Virus record (IMG/VR): IMGVR_UViG_3300029908_000004
Coordinates: 62,001 to 126,000 of that record
Length of the DNA: 64,000 nucleotides
Direction: 5' to 3' (one strand)
Shown here: piece by piece, positions 19,556 through 29,345 of the stretch
Position numbering within the stretch: the first letter of the stretch is position 1
Layout: every line of letters begins with the position of its first letter
The notes under the pieces: model-generated
The model's input: the letters and a program-made list of their open reading frames with translations, nothing else
Told to the model about the DNA's origin: nothing
Database searches by the model: none
Program-made: the position numbers and the translations under genes

Positions 19556-20479
19556 TTAAGACTCTTCTCTGAAGAACTCTCCACCACTTGCAGTTGCTGT
19601 GGAGGCTTTCTCCTTGTCTGTCGCTTCAGCTTTCTCCATCTCTGAGGCAACGACTTCGATTAGATGCTTTGGACTCTGAACGGTGATAACGTTGTTATCA
19701 CCAACCAGTTTTACATACTGCTCTCTGGCCTCTGTCTGTCCACTGGTAGGCCAAAGGAACATTAGATGATACTTTGCTTGAACTTCTTTGACGATCTCCT
19801 CAATGGGGATGTCAGCTTGGATGTGATCGTCGAAAACATATTCCACATGTTTCGCGCTCACTTTACTGAACACTGGCTCGTCGGCATAGAGGAACATGTA
19901 CCCTTTCTTTCCTCTCTTATCCAGTGAGTCAAGCTTCGTCTTGCGAGCGGCGCAGTACAACAGTAGATCGTAAGACTCTCCCGGGTTAGAGCCGCCCCGT
20001 CCAATTAACCAAGTTGCACATATCGAGTCGTCGATACGATTGTCTGATTCAAAATCGGACACCTGAATACAGGATGGACCTGAAGTCAGGTAATCATCGT
20101 TTGACCAGACAGCAACTTGTGGATTGGGTATCACTTTCAGCAGTCGTGCCATCAGAGTTGGCAGCTCCTTTTGTGCGATGACAGCGTTGCTGTAGTTTGA
20201 TCCAGTTACATCAAACGTGAGAATGACAGGCAAAGATTCAGGGTGTTCTGTACTGTCACAACTCTCCAGAACCCCCATTGCTTTCTTGTTGATCCGAAGA
20301 GGATCAAGCATCTGATTAACCTTTTGTGTCTTTTCTGCCTCCTCGGTGTAAGCGAAATCCTTTACCCCTGATTTGGAACGTAATGCTCTTGCCGTTCCAT
20401 AACTCGCTTCTGAAAATGTTCCTCCTCCGATATAGCTAACCCATCCCTTTCCTAAGATTGAGTTTGGCAAATTCTCCAA
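19556..20479 (-). CDS. von Willebrand factor A domain protein
   Basis: ILTFDVTGSN MIDAS-like motif, GRGGSNPGESY, KKGYMFLYADE. Confidence 0.82.
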   Translation of the reverse strand: MENLPNSILGKGWVSYIGGGTFSEASYGTARALRSKSGVKDFAYTEEAEKTQKVNQMLDPLRINKKAMGVLESCDSTEHPESLPVILTFDVTGSNYSNAVIAQKELPTLMARLLKVIPNPQVAVWSNDDYLTSGPSCIQVSDFESDNRIDDSICATWLIGRGGSNPGESYDLLLYCAARKTKLDSLDKRGKKGYMFLYADEPVFSKVSAKHVEYVFDDHIQADIPIEEIVKEVQAKYHLMFLWPTSGQTEAREQYVKLVGDNNVITVQSPKHLIEVVASEMEKAEATDKEKASTATASGGEFFREES

Positions 20480-20520
20480 ACTCGGCTAAGGCAGCCTTGG
20501 CTGCTCCAATTTGTTACTTG

Positions 20521-20910
20521 TTAAACTTCGTTCCAAACTTTTCCATACCCTCGCTCCCAGTATGGTTCTAGAGACTTCCCAGTGATTTCGTCTTCTAGCA
20601 TAGACATTTGCTGTCGGTGCTGGTCTCTGGACTGTTCTAACCGGAAATGGAATGAACTACCCTCCCGAAGCGTTATCAGAGGGACATAATCAATGTTCCC
20701 AATCTTCCTGAGCTTTAGCTTACAGGCTACATATTCATGTAGATGATATGTATACTGTCTCTCTAGATCGGTAACAGGACTAGCTTGTCTTCGCCTTATG
20801 CGACGTAGCCTGCTTGCTATGACAAGAGCCTGAGCTTTGGACAACACTTCCATTGTGAAGAGCCCAGCTTCCTCGTGAGCGCTTGCTCGAAGCTCTTCCA
20901 AGATGCTCAT
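20521..20910 (-). CDS. hypothetical protein
   Basis: 129-aa ORF in a tightly packed minus-strand run. Confidence 0.6.
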   Translation of the reverse strand: MSILEELRASAHEEAGLFTMEVLSKAQALVIASRLRRIRRRQASPVTDLERQYTYHLHEYVACKLKLRKIGNIDYVPLITLREGSSFHFRLEQSRDQHRQQMSMLEDEITGKSLEPYWERGYGKVWNEV

Positions 20911-20912
20911 AC

Positions 20913-21467
20913 CTATTCCTTCTTCCGCCCCTCGTTCCCCTTGTTACTGTTGGAGACGATCTCACTGATCTGCGTAAAGTCATTCTCCTCCAACCCACGC
21001 TGCAACGCCTTCTGGAGTTTCGTGTGTTCTTTGAGCAGATTCTCCATTAGCGCTGCTTGCTCGGGATCGAACACAGGTTGACCGACTACTTTCTTGTTTC
21101 CATTCTCATCGAACGAGAAACCTGCTGGTTTCGGTTTGATACGCTTCCGCTCATGCTCGTTCTTCTCGATGAGTTCAAGAATGAGAGCAGTGGCATGAAC
21201 GTTCTTCTCGACTTCCTTCGCTGCCAAACCGTCAATGACAGCTTTCCTGACTACATCGCCGGTAGCTATCTTCTTGACTTCTTGGCGAACCGAAATAGAC
21301 GGAAGAACTGATTTGACAGCTTCGGTAATTCTAATGTCAGCCTTGTACGCCTTAACTTCAGACTGAGGTTCAGAAGAGGTAACTTCGTTACCAAGGGTCT
21401 CTGGGACTGGTTCATTCTGAGTCCCTTCTACTTCGGGAGATGGCTGATCCTTATCCTCTCGTCCCAT
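20913..21467 (-). CDS. hypothetical coiled-coil protein
   Basis: 184-aa ORF, translationally coupled (TAATG) to the upstream gene. Confidence 0.7.
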   Translation of the reverse strand: MGREDKDQPSPEVEGTQNEPVPETLGNEVTSSEPQSEVKAYKADIRITEAVKSVLPSISVRQEVKKIATGDVVRKAVIDGLAAKEVEKNVHATALILELIEKNEHERKRIKPKPAGFSFDENGNKKVVGQPVFDPEQAALMENLLKEHTKLQKALQRGLEENDFTQISEIVSNSNKGNEGRKKE

Positions 21468-21909
21468 TAAATTGTTCCTTTCGTGGGTAAAGGTTTAATC
21501 TTCCTTTGTTTGGACTTCTTCCTTTTCGTAGGCTTCCTGACGCACTGCTTGATACTTGCTTTGTCAGTCCCTTTCTCTTTGACTGGCTGTTCTTCAACAC
21601 AAGGCTTCTTACCACGTTGCTTCTCACGATAGAACGCAATAGCTGCCTCCACTACATCAATCTTTGAGTCCCAGTATTGTGCAGCAACTGGTTCATAAGC
21701 TTCTCTCCACAATAAGTACTTCGGTGTAACAAATTCTGGTACTGATGGTCTTTCTATGTGTAACTTTTCGATTTTCCTTAGTAGGTTTATATGATTCCCA
21801 ACTACCTCCAAGAATGACTCTTCAGCCTTATTAGATACTTCTATTTGGCTGTCTTTTCCGCTCTTCATCTACTCTAACCTTCTTTTCTATTACTACCACT
21901 TTGCACCTT

Positions 21910-22443
21910 CTAGAAGATGCTACTACGATTCCAAGTAGTGTTTGGCACATCAAAACGATGCAAAATATCTAGTTCCTCACTGTAACAATTACATATGCGA
22001 ACGAACTTGTCCAAGGCCGTGTTGAACTCCCTCAAAGCTTTGTCACACCGCTTCGAGGGCAGAGTCCATATATCTTTCTCTTGATCTTGGCACGTCTTAC
22101 AGTGATCTCTGTTAGCTTCAATCACTTCTAGATTAGCATCACTGAAAGACTTACCCTTTTCAATCACTTCTACGGGTAAAGCAGAGAAAACTGGACGAAA
22201 GTTATTTATCCTTACCACTATCTCCACTTTGGGTTTGTTAGCAAGGATATACTGAATCCGTTCTTCAGGAGGAGCAGTTAGTGGTTCACACGGGATAGTA
22301 TGGTGAACGTTCCATCCCCAAGTTTCCCCAACTTTCCATTCTACTGTGCTCCATGCCTTTTGCCATTCTTCAATTGCTTCTTTTATCCTTTTTTCCCGTT
22401 CTGCCAGATAAAAGTTGTTTGCTAGACCCACACGCAGATTCAT
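21910..22443 (-). CDS. hypothetical protein
   Basis: 177-aa ORF with GGAGG RBS. Confidence 0.7.
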   Translation of the reverse strand: MNLRVGLANNFYLAEREKRIKEAIEEWQKAWSTVEWKVGETWGWNVHHTIPCEPLTAPPEERIQYILANKPKVEIVVRINNFRPVFSALPVEVIEKGKSFSDANLEVIEANRDHCKTCQDQEKDIWTLPSKRCDKALREFNTALDKFVRICNCYSEELDILHRFDVPNTTWNRSSIF

Positions 22444-22488
22444 ACAAGTCCTCCGGGTTCAATCTCTTTTCTGTATCTCCTTATCCAA

Positions 22489-24111
22489 TTAGCTCGCCCT
22501 GTGCCACCCCTTGGCAGATTTCAGGGCAAAAAGAATGTTCTTAGCTTCTGCTGAGTCTCCTCCAGCCAAACTTTCAGTGTACATTAACATTGCAGCTTCA
22601 GTGTTTCCCTTGTCTGGGTGAAAATCAAGGAATACACCAGCCCTTGGGACTTGTCTATCAGTTAGATTCTGGGCTTTTATCTTTGCCACCGCTCCAATTA
22701 GTTGGTCTCTGTGGTCCCAGATCCACTGTCTCTTCTCATCAGTAATACTGAAGCTACCAATTTCTCCCCTAGCCCCGTTAGCAGGGTTCTCAACAACCAT
22801 CCTGCCAACGGAACCTGAGTACTTACCTGATCCTTCAAGGATCTCCACAACAGGTAGATCAAAAGGATCCGTGTTCTTTACTTTGAACCAATTACCCTCG
22901 CCGACTTTACTATCAACAGACTTGGCGACAATTCCTTCACCATATGGCATTGGTTGAGCAATAACCATATCGTAGAACTCTTCTGGTGACTGGTATCGCC
23001 CTTTCTCAGCACTCACGTACCAGTGCTTGTTGAAAATCCTAACTTCGGCAATGGTATCCTTAAGTAGCGCACGCCGCTCTCCGTATGGCAACTTTGATAC
23101 GTCCCTACCACGGTACTTGAGAATATCCCAAGCAACAAAGGTGGCCTCACCACGGAGCGCCTGAATTTGGCGAGCCTTTTCCGGATAAGCATTTAGGATC
23201 CCTCCTATTCTCCCAGGGCCATCGGGATGGACTAATTCACCTCTTACAAGGGATCCACGTAAATTTGGACCTCTGAACAACTTTCTGGAAGACCACAAAT
23301 TTGATGTGTTACTTATATGCTCCAACTGTGGAAGCCTGTCGTAATATGTCTCCCCTTCTTCTCTATGGCTTCTAAAGGTAGCATAGTTGTCCATGATGAG
23401 TACGTTAGAAAGTGAACCATCATACTTCTGTTCAAATACGTACTCATCTGGGTTGACGGTTTTTAGCCAGTTTCTCAGCTTCGTTCTGTAAGCTGGTTTT
23501 GGTATTACCATGCCTTCGTCTTTCATCGGGACTATAAGCTTTCCCTTCGGAGTGGTCACAAAGGCATAGCGCCCCTTGAATTCGCCAGATGGTATGTTAA
23601 GTTCCCACTGCTCTGTTCCAGGAGGTACCCCCTCAACGACAAGGTCGTAATGCAAGCCAGCTCTGATTGCATTATGAGAGTGGTAATTAATTTTGGCGGG
23701 AAAGGTCCTTTCACCAATCTTAACAATACCGACCTTAGAAAGAAGCAGTGTTTTAATTCCTTTACCGTAACCTTCCTCGATTTCCCCAGAGAAGTCTGTG
23801 ATAAAGTGCGGATCATTCTCGATCGCAAGCGCACGCTTGCCACTGATCGGTAAACCCTTCGGAATCGCGTACTTGGCAAACGCCGGATTAGGCGTGAATT
23901 CATTAAGGGTAGCTCCATCTACTGACCTCGTAGGATACCATCTAGAAGTGTACAATCTAGAACGGGGATACTTAGGTAACAACATAGCATGAAGATTGTT
24001 TTGAACTCTTGGCTGTATAACAGAACCAAAAGTATCAAGTCCGATGTCTAATCCAGTCCTGAGTAGGGCTTTCGATATCGTTTTTACCCATCTCCAAACT
24101 TTGCTTTTCAT
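22489..24111 (-). CDS. ATP-dependent DNA ligase with N-terminal LigD phosphoesterase-like region
   Basis: Motif I EQKYDG, RGELV, AWDIL, EGIVAK, WFKVK and an OB-fold; N-terminal HNAIRAGLHYDL resembles the LigD PE motif. Confidence 0.82.
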   Translation of the reverse strand: MKSKVWRWVKTISKALLRTGLDIGLDTFGSVIQPRVQNNLHAMLLPKYPRSRLYTSRWYPTRSVDGATLNEFTPNPAFAKYAIPKGLPISGKRALAIENDPHFITDFSGEIEEGYGKGIKTLLLSKVGIVKIGERTFPAKINYHSHNAIRAGLHYDLVVEGVPPGTEQWELNIPSGEFKGRYAFVTTPKGKLIVPMKDEGMVIPKPAYRTKLRNWLKTVNPDEYVFEQKYDGSLSNVLIMDNYATFRSHREEGETYYDRLPQLEHISNTSNLWSSRKLFRGPNLRGSLVRGELVHPDGPGRIGGILNAYPEKARQIQALRGEATFVAWDILKYRGRDVSKLPYGERRALLKDTIAEVRIFNKHWYVSAEKGRYQSPEEFYDMVIAQPMPYGEGIVAKSVDSKVGEGNWFKVKNTDPFDLPVVEILEGSGKYSGSVGRMVVENPANGARGEIGSFSITDEKRQWIWDHRDQLIGAVAKIKAQNLTDRQVPRAGVFLDFHPDKGNTEAAMLMYTESLAGGDSAEAKNILFALKSAKGWHRAS

Positions 24112-24329
24112 GTTGTCACTCCCGGTATTTTCCACAAATCTAGGTTACATTTATACTCCGGGTAGCGCTTCATCAGAAGAAGAATACTTGGTAATATAAT
24201 TGCGTAGTTCTCTTTATCTGTACTAATTATAGCTTGAGCCATAGCTGTTAAGAAGTCTTCAGCGTTATAGGGCTCAGCGTAAAGGATACCGTAGGCCCAT
24301 ATCAAAACGTTTCGGTCCTTCTCAGGCAT

Positions 24330-25031
24330 TTACTTACCTCTTTCCATACGCCAAAATTCCTGTGGTAAGTCTTCTTCATTGACTCGGACAAATTGCTTAT
24401 CACGATTTACATACTTTACAATAGGGCAAACACTATCAATGTGAGCTCTTACTACACACAATTGTTCAGCGTCACAAGAGTCTAACTGTCCAACTTCGCT
24501 GGCTTCTTTCATAAATGGTTGATCTTCTATACCCGTGGAGACGAATGGGTGTTCTTTCCACCAAGACTTCAGATACATTTGACTTGTTCCACAAGCATAA
24601 AACTCGCTTGGTGGATGGACAAATAGATCATGGTAGAACTTAAAGCATTCCTCGTTATCTGTGTCAAAGAACAGGATGTTATGCCAACCTGTTACAGCTT
24701 TGCCTGTCTGAGCCAGTCTATCAACTTGAGCCTGAATACGATTGTCTGCGAACCAATCATCACAGTCCCAAGTAACACAGATTTCACCGGTTGCATGTAG
24801 CGTTCCTAAGTTGCGTAAGGCCCCCACAGGCCGCTTTTCACATTGTATATAAACAATCCTTGGGTCATTGATAGGAAGAAGATGTTGAATCTTCTTATCG
24901 TTAGGGTTGTTATCGACTACAATGAGTTCTCGGTTCTCATAGGTCTGGTTTAGGAAACATTGAATTGCTATTTTTGCAATGTCCCCATAGTAAGCAGGCA
25001 TTACACAAGAAACTTTTAACATGATTGACAT
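24330..25031 (-). CDS. glycosyltransferase family 2
   Basis: VSCVMPAY, NQTYENRELIVVDN, GALRNLG, WDCDD, IEDQ motifs. Confidence 0.9.
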   Translation of the reverse strand: MSIMLKVSCVMPAYYGDIAKIAIQCFLNQTYENRELIVVDNNPNDKKIQHLLPINDPRIVYIQCEKRPVGALRNLGTLHATGEICVTWDCDDWFADNRIQAQVDRLAQTGKAVTGWHNILFFDTDNEECFKFYHDLFVHPPSEFYACGTSQMYLKSWWKEHPFVSTGIEDQPFMKEASEVGQLDSCDAEQLCVVRAHIDSVCPIVKYVNRDKQFVRVNEEDLPQEFWRMERGK

Positions 25032-25052
25032 TTATCCTTTGACACTACAAAA

Positions 25053-25649
25053 TCAATAAGTAAAGAGCGTTATCAAGGTAATGATAGCTATTAAAGCTAT
25101 TGCTACCCCGTGGTACTCCCTTGGGCTAATATAGTAGTTACTACCAACGTACTCAGCGATTTTATAGTCCCTTATCTTTTTACCTTTGTCGTTGTAGTGC
25201 TCACCAATAACTACGGACCTAGTCATACACGTTTTCTTATATGACCATAGCCAAATTGATAGGGAAACAACCATGAACAGTAATCCCATTGATATATGTA
25301 CCAATATACCAATAAGACTATCGCCTATCAACTTCCATACTACTACAATAGCAGTTAATTTGCCAACTGGTGTCTGGGCAAAGTTGTTGGCTTGAATGTT
25401 AATAGCAGACATAGAATCATTGATTGCTACCCCAACTTCTTTTCCTACCCCCACCCAACTGTGAACTTCCGTCTTCACATCCGTCTTCTGGACTTGCTGT
25501 AGTTGATATTCTGTCAACAGACTTTTTGGGACTACTACGTGGTCTGTATCCTGACCTTGGCTCATCGTAGGTGTCAGTAGTAGCATTGATACGAACACCA
25601 AGGTTATCATTAGCCTTAGGCTCAATAACCTCTTCCTTAACTGGTTCAT
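25053..25649 (-). CDS. membrane protein
   Basis: Signal/TM segments; GKEVGVA...FAQTPVGKLT pattern common in phage membrane proteins. Confidence 0.7.
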   Translation of the reverse strand: MNQLRKRLLSLRLMITLVFVSMLLLTPTMSQGQDTDHVVVPKSLLTEYQLQQVQKTDVKTEVHSWVGVGKEVGVAINDSMSAINIQANNFAQTPVGKLTAIVVVWKLIGDSLIGILVHISMGLLFMVVSLSIWLWSYKKTCMTRSVVIGEHYNDKGKKIRDYKIAEYVGSNYYISPREYHGVAIALIAIITLITLFTY

Positions 25650-26004
25650 TTTCTCCCCTTATTCTCCACAACTCAGTCGCTTGACAAACATGGCCAAGCT
25701 GGCCAAATATATCACTTAGACCTGAAGCTTGTTTCAACACTAACAAAAGCTCAGGGTTCTCAGCGATGTACTCATCCCATAACTGTGAGTACAATTTGGT
25801 AACAGCTTCCATGTTTACTGCTTGTCTTCCTTTTGCTTGTCTCCAAGACAACCCAGTTGTCCCATCCTCGAAGATCTTGGCTGCTTGGTAAATTTCTTCA
25901 ATGGGCTTGTTACCACGACTTCGGATTCTAGCCCAGAACGCACTGAGCCTTTTGAAACCACGAGTTGAGCATTCTATAAATGGTGGATTACCATGTTTTA
26001 CCAA
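25417..26004 (-). CDS. hypothetical protein, possibly NADAR-like
   Basis: ECSTRG..RLSAFWA, IEEIYQAAK, LSDIFG, CQA..L; C-terminal part overlaps the next gene. Confidence 0.5.
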   Translation of the reverse strand: MVKHGNPPFIECSTRGFKRLSAFWARIRSRGNKPIEEIYQAAKIFEDGTTGLSWRQAKGRQAVNMEAVTKLYSQLWDEYIAENPELLLVLKQASGLSDIFGQLGHVCQATELWRIRGENEPVKEEVIEPKANDNLGVRINATTDTYDEPRSGYRPRSSPKKSVDRISTTASPEDGCEDGSSQLGGGRKRSWGSNQ

Positions 26005-26583
26005 CTCTCTTCCTCCTCAAAGATTCTTGTAAGCACGACGGAGTATAAACCAACCCTCTTCGTCTGAGACACCATCCAGCTCGTCTCCAAGCAACTCCAT
26101 TGAAGCAACTACTTTCTCGTGAGCTTCCTGATAAGTTTCTGAATCTTCTGCATGGAAGTTTTTGGCAAATCTACGGAAGGCAGAGACATCTCTGAGATCT
26201 GCGTCTGGTCTGCTCTTTTTTATTTCACGCAGTAGTTCAGCATCTGACATGTTACTAATCATCTTGACTTTCTCCATTCGGGAGCTTCAACCTTTAGCTA
26301 AAAATGTCCGCCAAAGGTTTCCTCTGTTCCTTGAACCAACTCATGTCTTTTCACACAGCCACCAGTACCAAACCTACATATACCACTAGAGTGACCATAT
26401 ACAACACACTCATCACCCGGTTTTCTTGGCATTGATTTCTTTATGAAGGAGAGTTCAGTCATAAGTGCGTTACACCTGTACTTATGGTCTTCGAGGATCA
26501 CGAAGCTACATACACACATCAAAATGATTAGTGTAATGAAGCCAATAAAGATAAGATTCATTGTAAGTCTCCTTGATCTAAGA

Positions 26584-26719
26584 TGTGCCTAGCAAGTATC
26601 GAACCTTGCATCCCCCCATTAAAAATGGCAAGGACTAATAGACAATGCATATCTATTAGCCGGTATCTTCCCTGTTAGTAAGTATGTCTAGAAAGGCTTA
26701 CTAATTAGACGATAGGCAC
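26584..26719 (-). ncRNA. tRNA-Lys(UUU)-like RNA with two inserted hairpins
   Basis: Acceptor GTGCCTA/TAGGCAC, D-like TCGTCTAATTAGTAAG, anticodon loop CCA-TTTTTAA-TGG, T-like GCAAG-GTTCGATA-CTTGC; about 136 nt; no encoded CCA. Confidence 0.6.
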
Positions 26720-26782
26720 ATCACGCCCAAATAAGTTAAGTAAAAGGTACTCTTACTTAACCATAGTGATTGTAACGATTTC

Positions 26783-27040
26783 CCATTGGAAATCCTCCTT
26801 GGCCAACCAGCGCGCATCGTGCGCAAACAAGATTTACAACCTTGCCAAGTTCGGAGGGTGGGATTAGCCTGAACGCTACCCTCTGTACGTTCCCAGCCCA
26901 TGTTCTATATGTCCGCTGAAGTCCAGAGCATGGTCAACTTCAACGTTAGCCACCGTCCCACGAACTGTCTTGTTCTAAAGGCTTCGTGACCGTGGCTTGC
27001 GGGTTGCTGGCTAGGCTAAGGGCACCTGAGTACAATGGAA
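26783..27040. ncRNA. putative structured ncRNA of about 260 nt
   Basis: GC-rich intergenic region with long-range closing stems and at least four internal hairpins. Confidence 0.55.
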
Positions 27041-27085
27041 CAGGCTTACTGTGGTAGCCACCACGCCCCTTCTCCGCAATCTCTT

Positions 27086-27541
27086 TTATCTTGGTTCCAA
27101 TCCTCTCTCTTTTAGGAGGACTCTCCAGCGAATTGATTCAATTGGATCAACGTAGGTAACGTTACACTCGCTACAAACACCTACTTTGGCGTTTTTCACA
27201 GTGAACAATACCCCGTTCTTAGCTGTTATCTCATATTCAGGAAGCACTCTTTCTATTATGTTTCCTCTGAAACATTCTAGGCAGAAGCCACCCCAAATAT
27301 GTATCTGTGGTTGGTTCGATTCGTTGGTTGGTGTTCCTTCCACTGCTGATGTACATACCTTCAGATCGTCTTCATCGAAGACGTACTCCGAGATAGCATA
27401 GGGAGGGCCATTGTACCAGCTTGGGTTATCACTCCTATCCAGTGGAATACCAATTATTACTCTTGTCCCGATGTCTGTGCATCTGAATGGGTTGTTATCA
27501 CAGTAGAATGTTTCACCAATCTTGAAGTCAGAGAGTATCAA
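27086..27541 (-). CDS. hypothetical protein with C-terminal YgiT/MqsA-type zinc finger
   Basis: CLEC...VKNAKVGVCSEC spacing matches the YgiT-type finger. Confidence 0.6.
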   Translation of the reverse strand: MILSDFKIGETFYCDNNPFRCTDIGTRVIIGIPLDRSDNPSWYNGPPYAISEYVFDEDDLKVCTSAVEGTPTNESNQPQIHIWGGFCLECFRGNIIERVLPEYEITAKNGVLFTVKNAKVGVCSECNVTYVDPIESIRWRVLLKERGLEPR

Positions 27542-27553
27542 TATTACCTCCTG

Positions 27554-28042
27554 CTAATCTTCTCGGGAGGTGAATAGGCTATCAAGCCCATCACCATAGA
27601 TCATCTTTGCTTCTATCTGTTGTAGCTCAGCAGGAGTGAATTTGACGAAGGATTCAGTCTCCACTTTCTTGTCTTGAACCGCTTTGCTATACAAAACAGA
27701 TTTAAGCTTCGTCTTTCCACCTGCTACAGCTTTACCATCTACCATGAAAACATAGGAGTCGGCGCTGTAGTCAGATGTTGGTGAATGAACAATCAGTTTA
27801 ATCTTTCCTGACTTGCCACCGGTTATACTATCGGAGTGGTACTCACGATTGTAACCGTTTGCACATTTCTTTCTGTTATCCCTTTTCCAATCTTCACTAC
27901 GTTTCATCCGTAGTTTCAGATCTCCCTTGAGGACCTTTCCTCCAGTTTTCTGATACTCTGGGTAAATCAAATCCATTAAGCCGTCGTCTACCCACGTTGA
28001 TACATGGTTCCTTACTGATTCACTGATTCCTTTTCCACTCAA
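27554..28042 (-). CDS. hypothetical protein
   Basis: 162-aa ORF with AGGAGAAGG RBS. Confidence 0.65.
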   Translation of the reverse strand: MSGKGISESVRNHVSTWVDDGLMDLIYPEYQKTGGKVLKGDLKLRMKRSEDWKRDNRKKCANGYNREYHSDSITGGKSGKIKLIVHSPTSDYSADSYVFMVDGKAVAGGKTKLKSVLYSKAVQDKKVETESFVKFTPAELQQIEAKMIYGDGLDSLFTSRED

Positions 28043-28772
28043 ATCCTTCTCCTAGTTCTGATTACTTTCATCTGCTGCTTCTGATATCGTTCTCATCATT
28101 GTTGCACCTTCAAACGAAGTTATGAACTCTATGCTTTTCTTCATAACTTCCCAGTAACCAAGGTCAGGGTGAACAGAAGCAACGGACAAGGAAAGGTAAA
28201 AGAATAAGTTGTTGTAAGCTTCACTACCAATCGTTAGCTCTACAACAGATTCGAATAGTGATAACTTCTCACCGCTCAAGTATTCCCTTGCTTTCGCAAT
28301 AACCTGTTCCTTGGCACCCTCGTTATTTTTATCCATTGTTCTCCTCTTCCTTGTTCTCCTTATCTGCGCTCCTGCTCAATAAGACAATGGCGAACCTAAC
28401 ACATTCCCAAAAAGATGTGTTTGGTTCAGTAATCCCAATTGCAAACATAGATAGCAGAAGCTGTCGAGAGATTATAGCAGAAGGAAACGCGTGTTTCCTA
28501 CATATTGCTAACATTTCCAACTGGTCGGTAGACAGAGCTTCAAGGATAAAACCTTCTACCCTTGCTTCTGCTAACTCCTTTTTGACAGTTTCGTCAGCTT
28601 TCTCCACTTTATCTCCTATTACCAAGGAAGGTTGTCAGTTACATCGATCTCAGGTGTTGGTACAACAACTTGGACTTCCTTCTGAATGATCTGTCCATTG
28701 ATAACACTTTCCACTATAACCGTGGAGAGTGTGTCAACATTGACATCATCAGAATTATCAAGTGGTTGGTTT

Positions 28773-29168
28773 TCAGATGATTGGGCCATCGACTGTGGAT
28801 AGTATCTGTTTGTACCACACATTGTCCTTACTCCTCTCTGCCAATTCTATTAACACATCTCCATGGCAACTCAAAGGAAAGCACCAGCATCCAAGAGTCT
28901 TATCTTGTAATTGGGTTAGTTGAGAAAGTATATTTTTCCTCATTACTTCCCAACTATTCTGCCAAAGGGCCGGGAAACGATTGTATACCCAGTCTTCCTT
29001 TAACAACCAAGCTCTGTAACAGTCCACAGACTCTTGTCTACTATCCACTTGGAAAGTAGCAAAAGTCTTGTTAACGTCTAGATGAGTGAACGGATTACCA
29101 AGCTCGGTTGTTCTATCTATCCGAATATCAAATTTACCCCTCTTCAGATGGACAACTCTCCCTGGCAT
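28773..29168 (-). CDS. DUF4326-family protein
   Basis: VVH...DIRIDR...LGNPF and LGCWCFPLSCHGDVL signatures. Confidence 0.88.
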   Translation of the reverse strand: MPGRVVHLKRGKFDIRIDRTTELGNPFTHLDVNKTFATFQVDSRQESVDCYRAWLLKEDWVYNRFPALWQNSWEVMRKNILSQLTQLQDKTLGCWCFPLSCHGDVLIELAERSKDNVWYKQILSTVDGPII

Positions 29169-29345
29169 CTTTTCTCCCTTCATTACGCCGTGCTCTGAAC
29201 ATCATTGACGATATGAATGTATATACTTTTACAAGTATATACTCAACCGTGTTTGCTAGCCAAATTATCGATGCAATTATAAAGACTACAACCAAACCGT
29301 CTAGGTTTACACTTGATGGATGAAACATCTAACCTTTCTCCGAGG

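Noticed and set aside
26783-27050. RNase P RNA or tmRNA identity
   Set aside because: Lacks GAGGAAAGUCC and a tRNA-like domain; only a loose ACAGGCTTA resemblance
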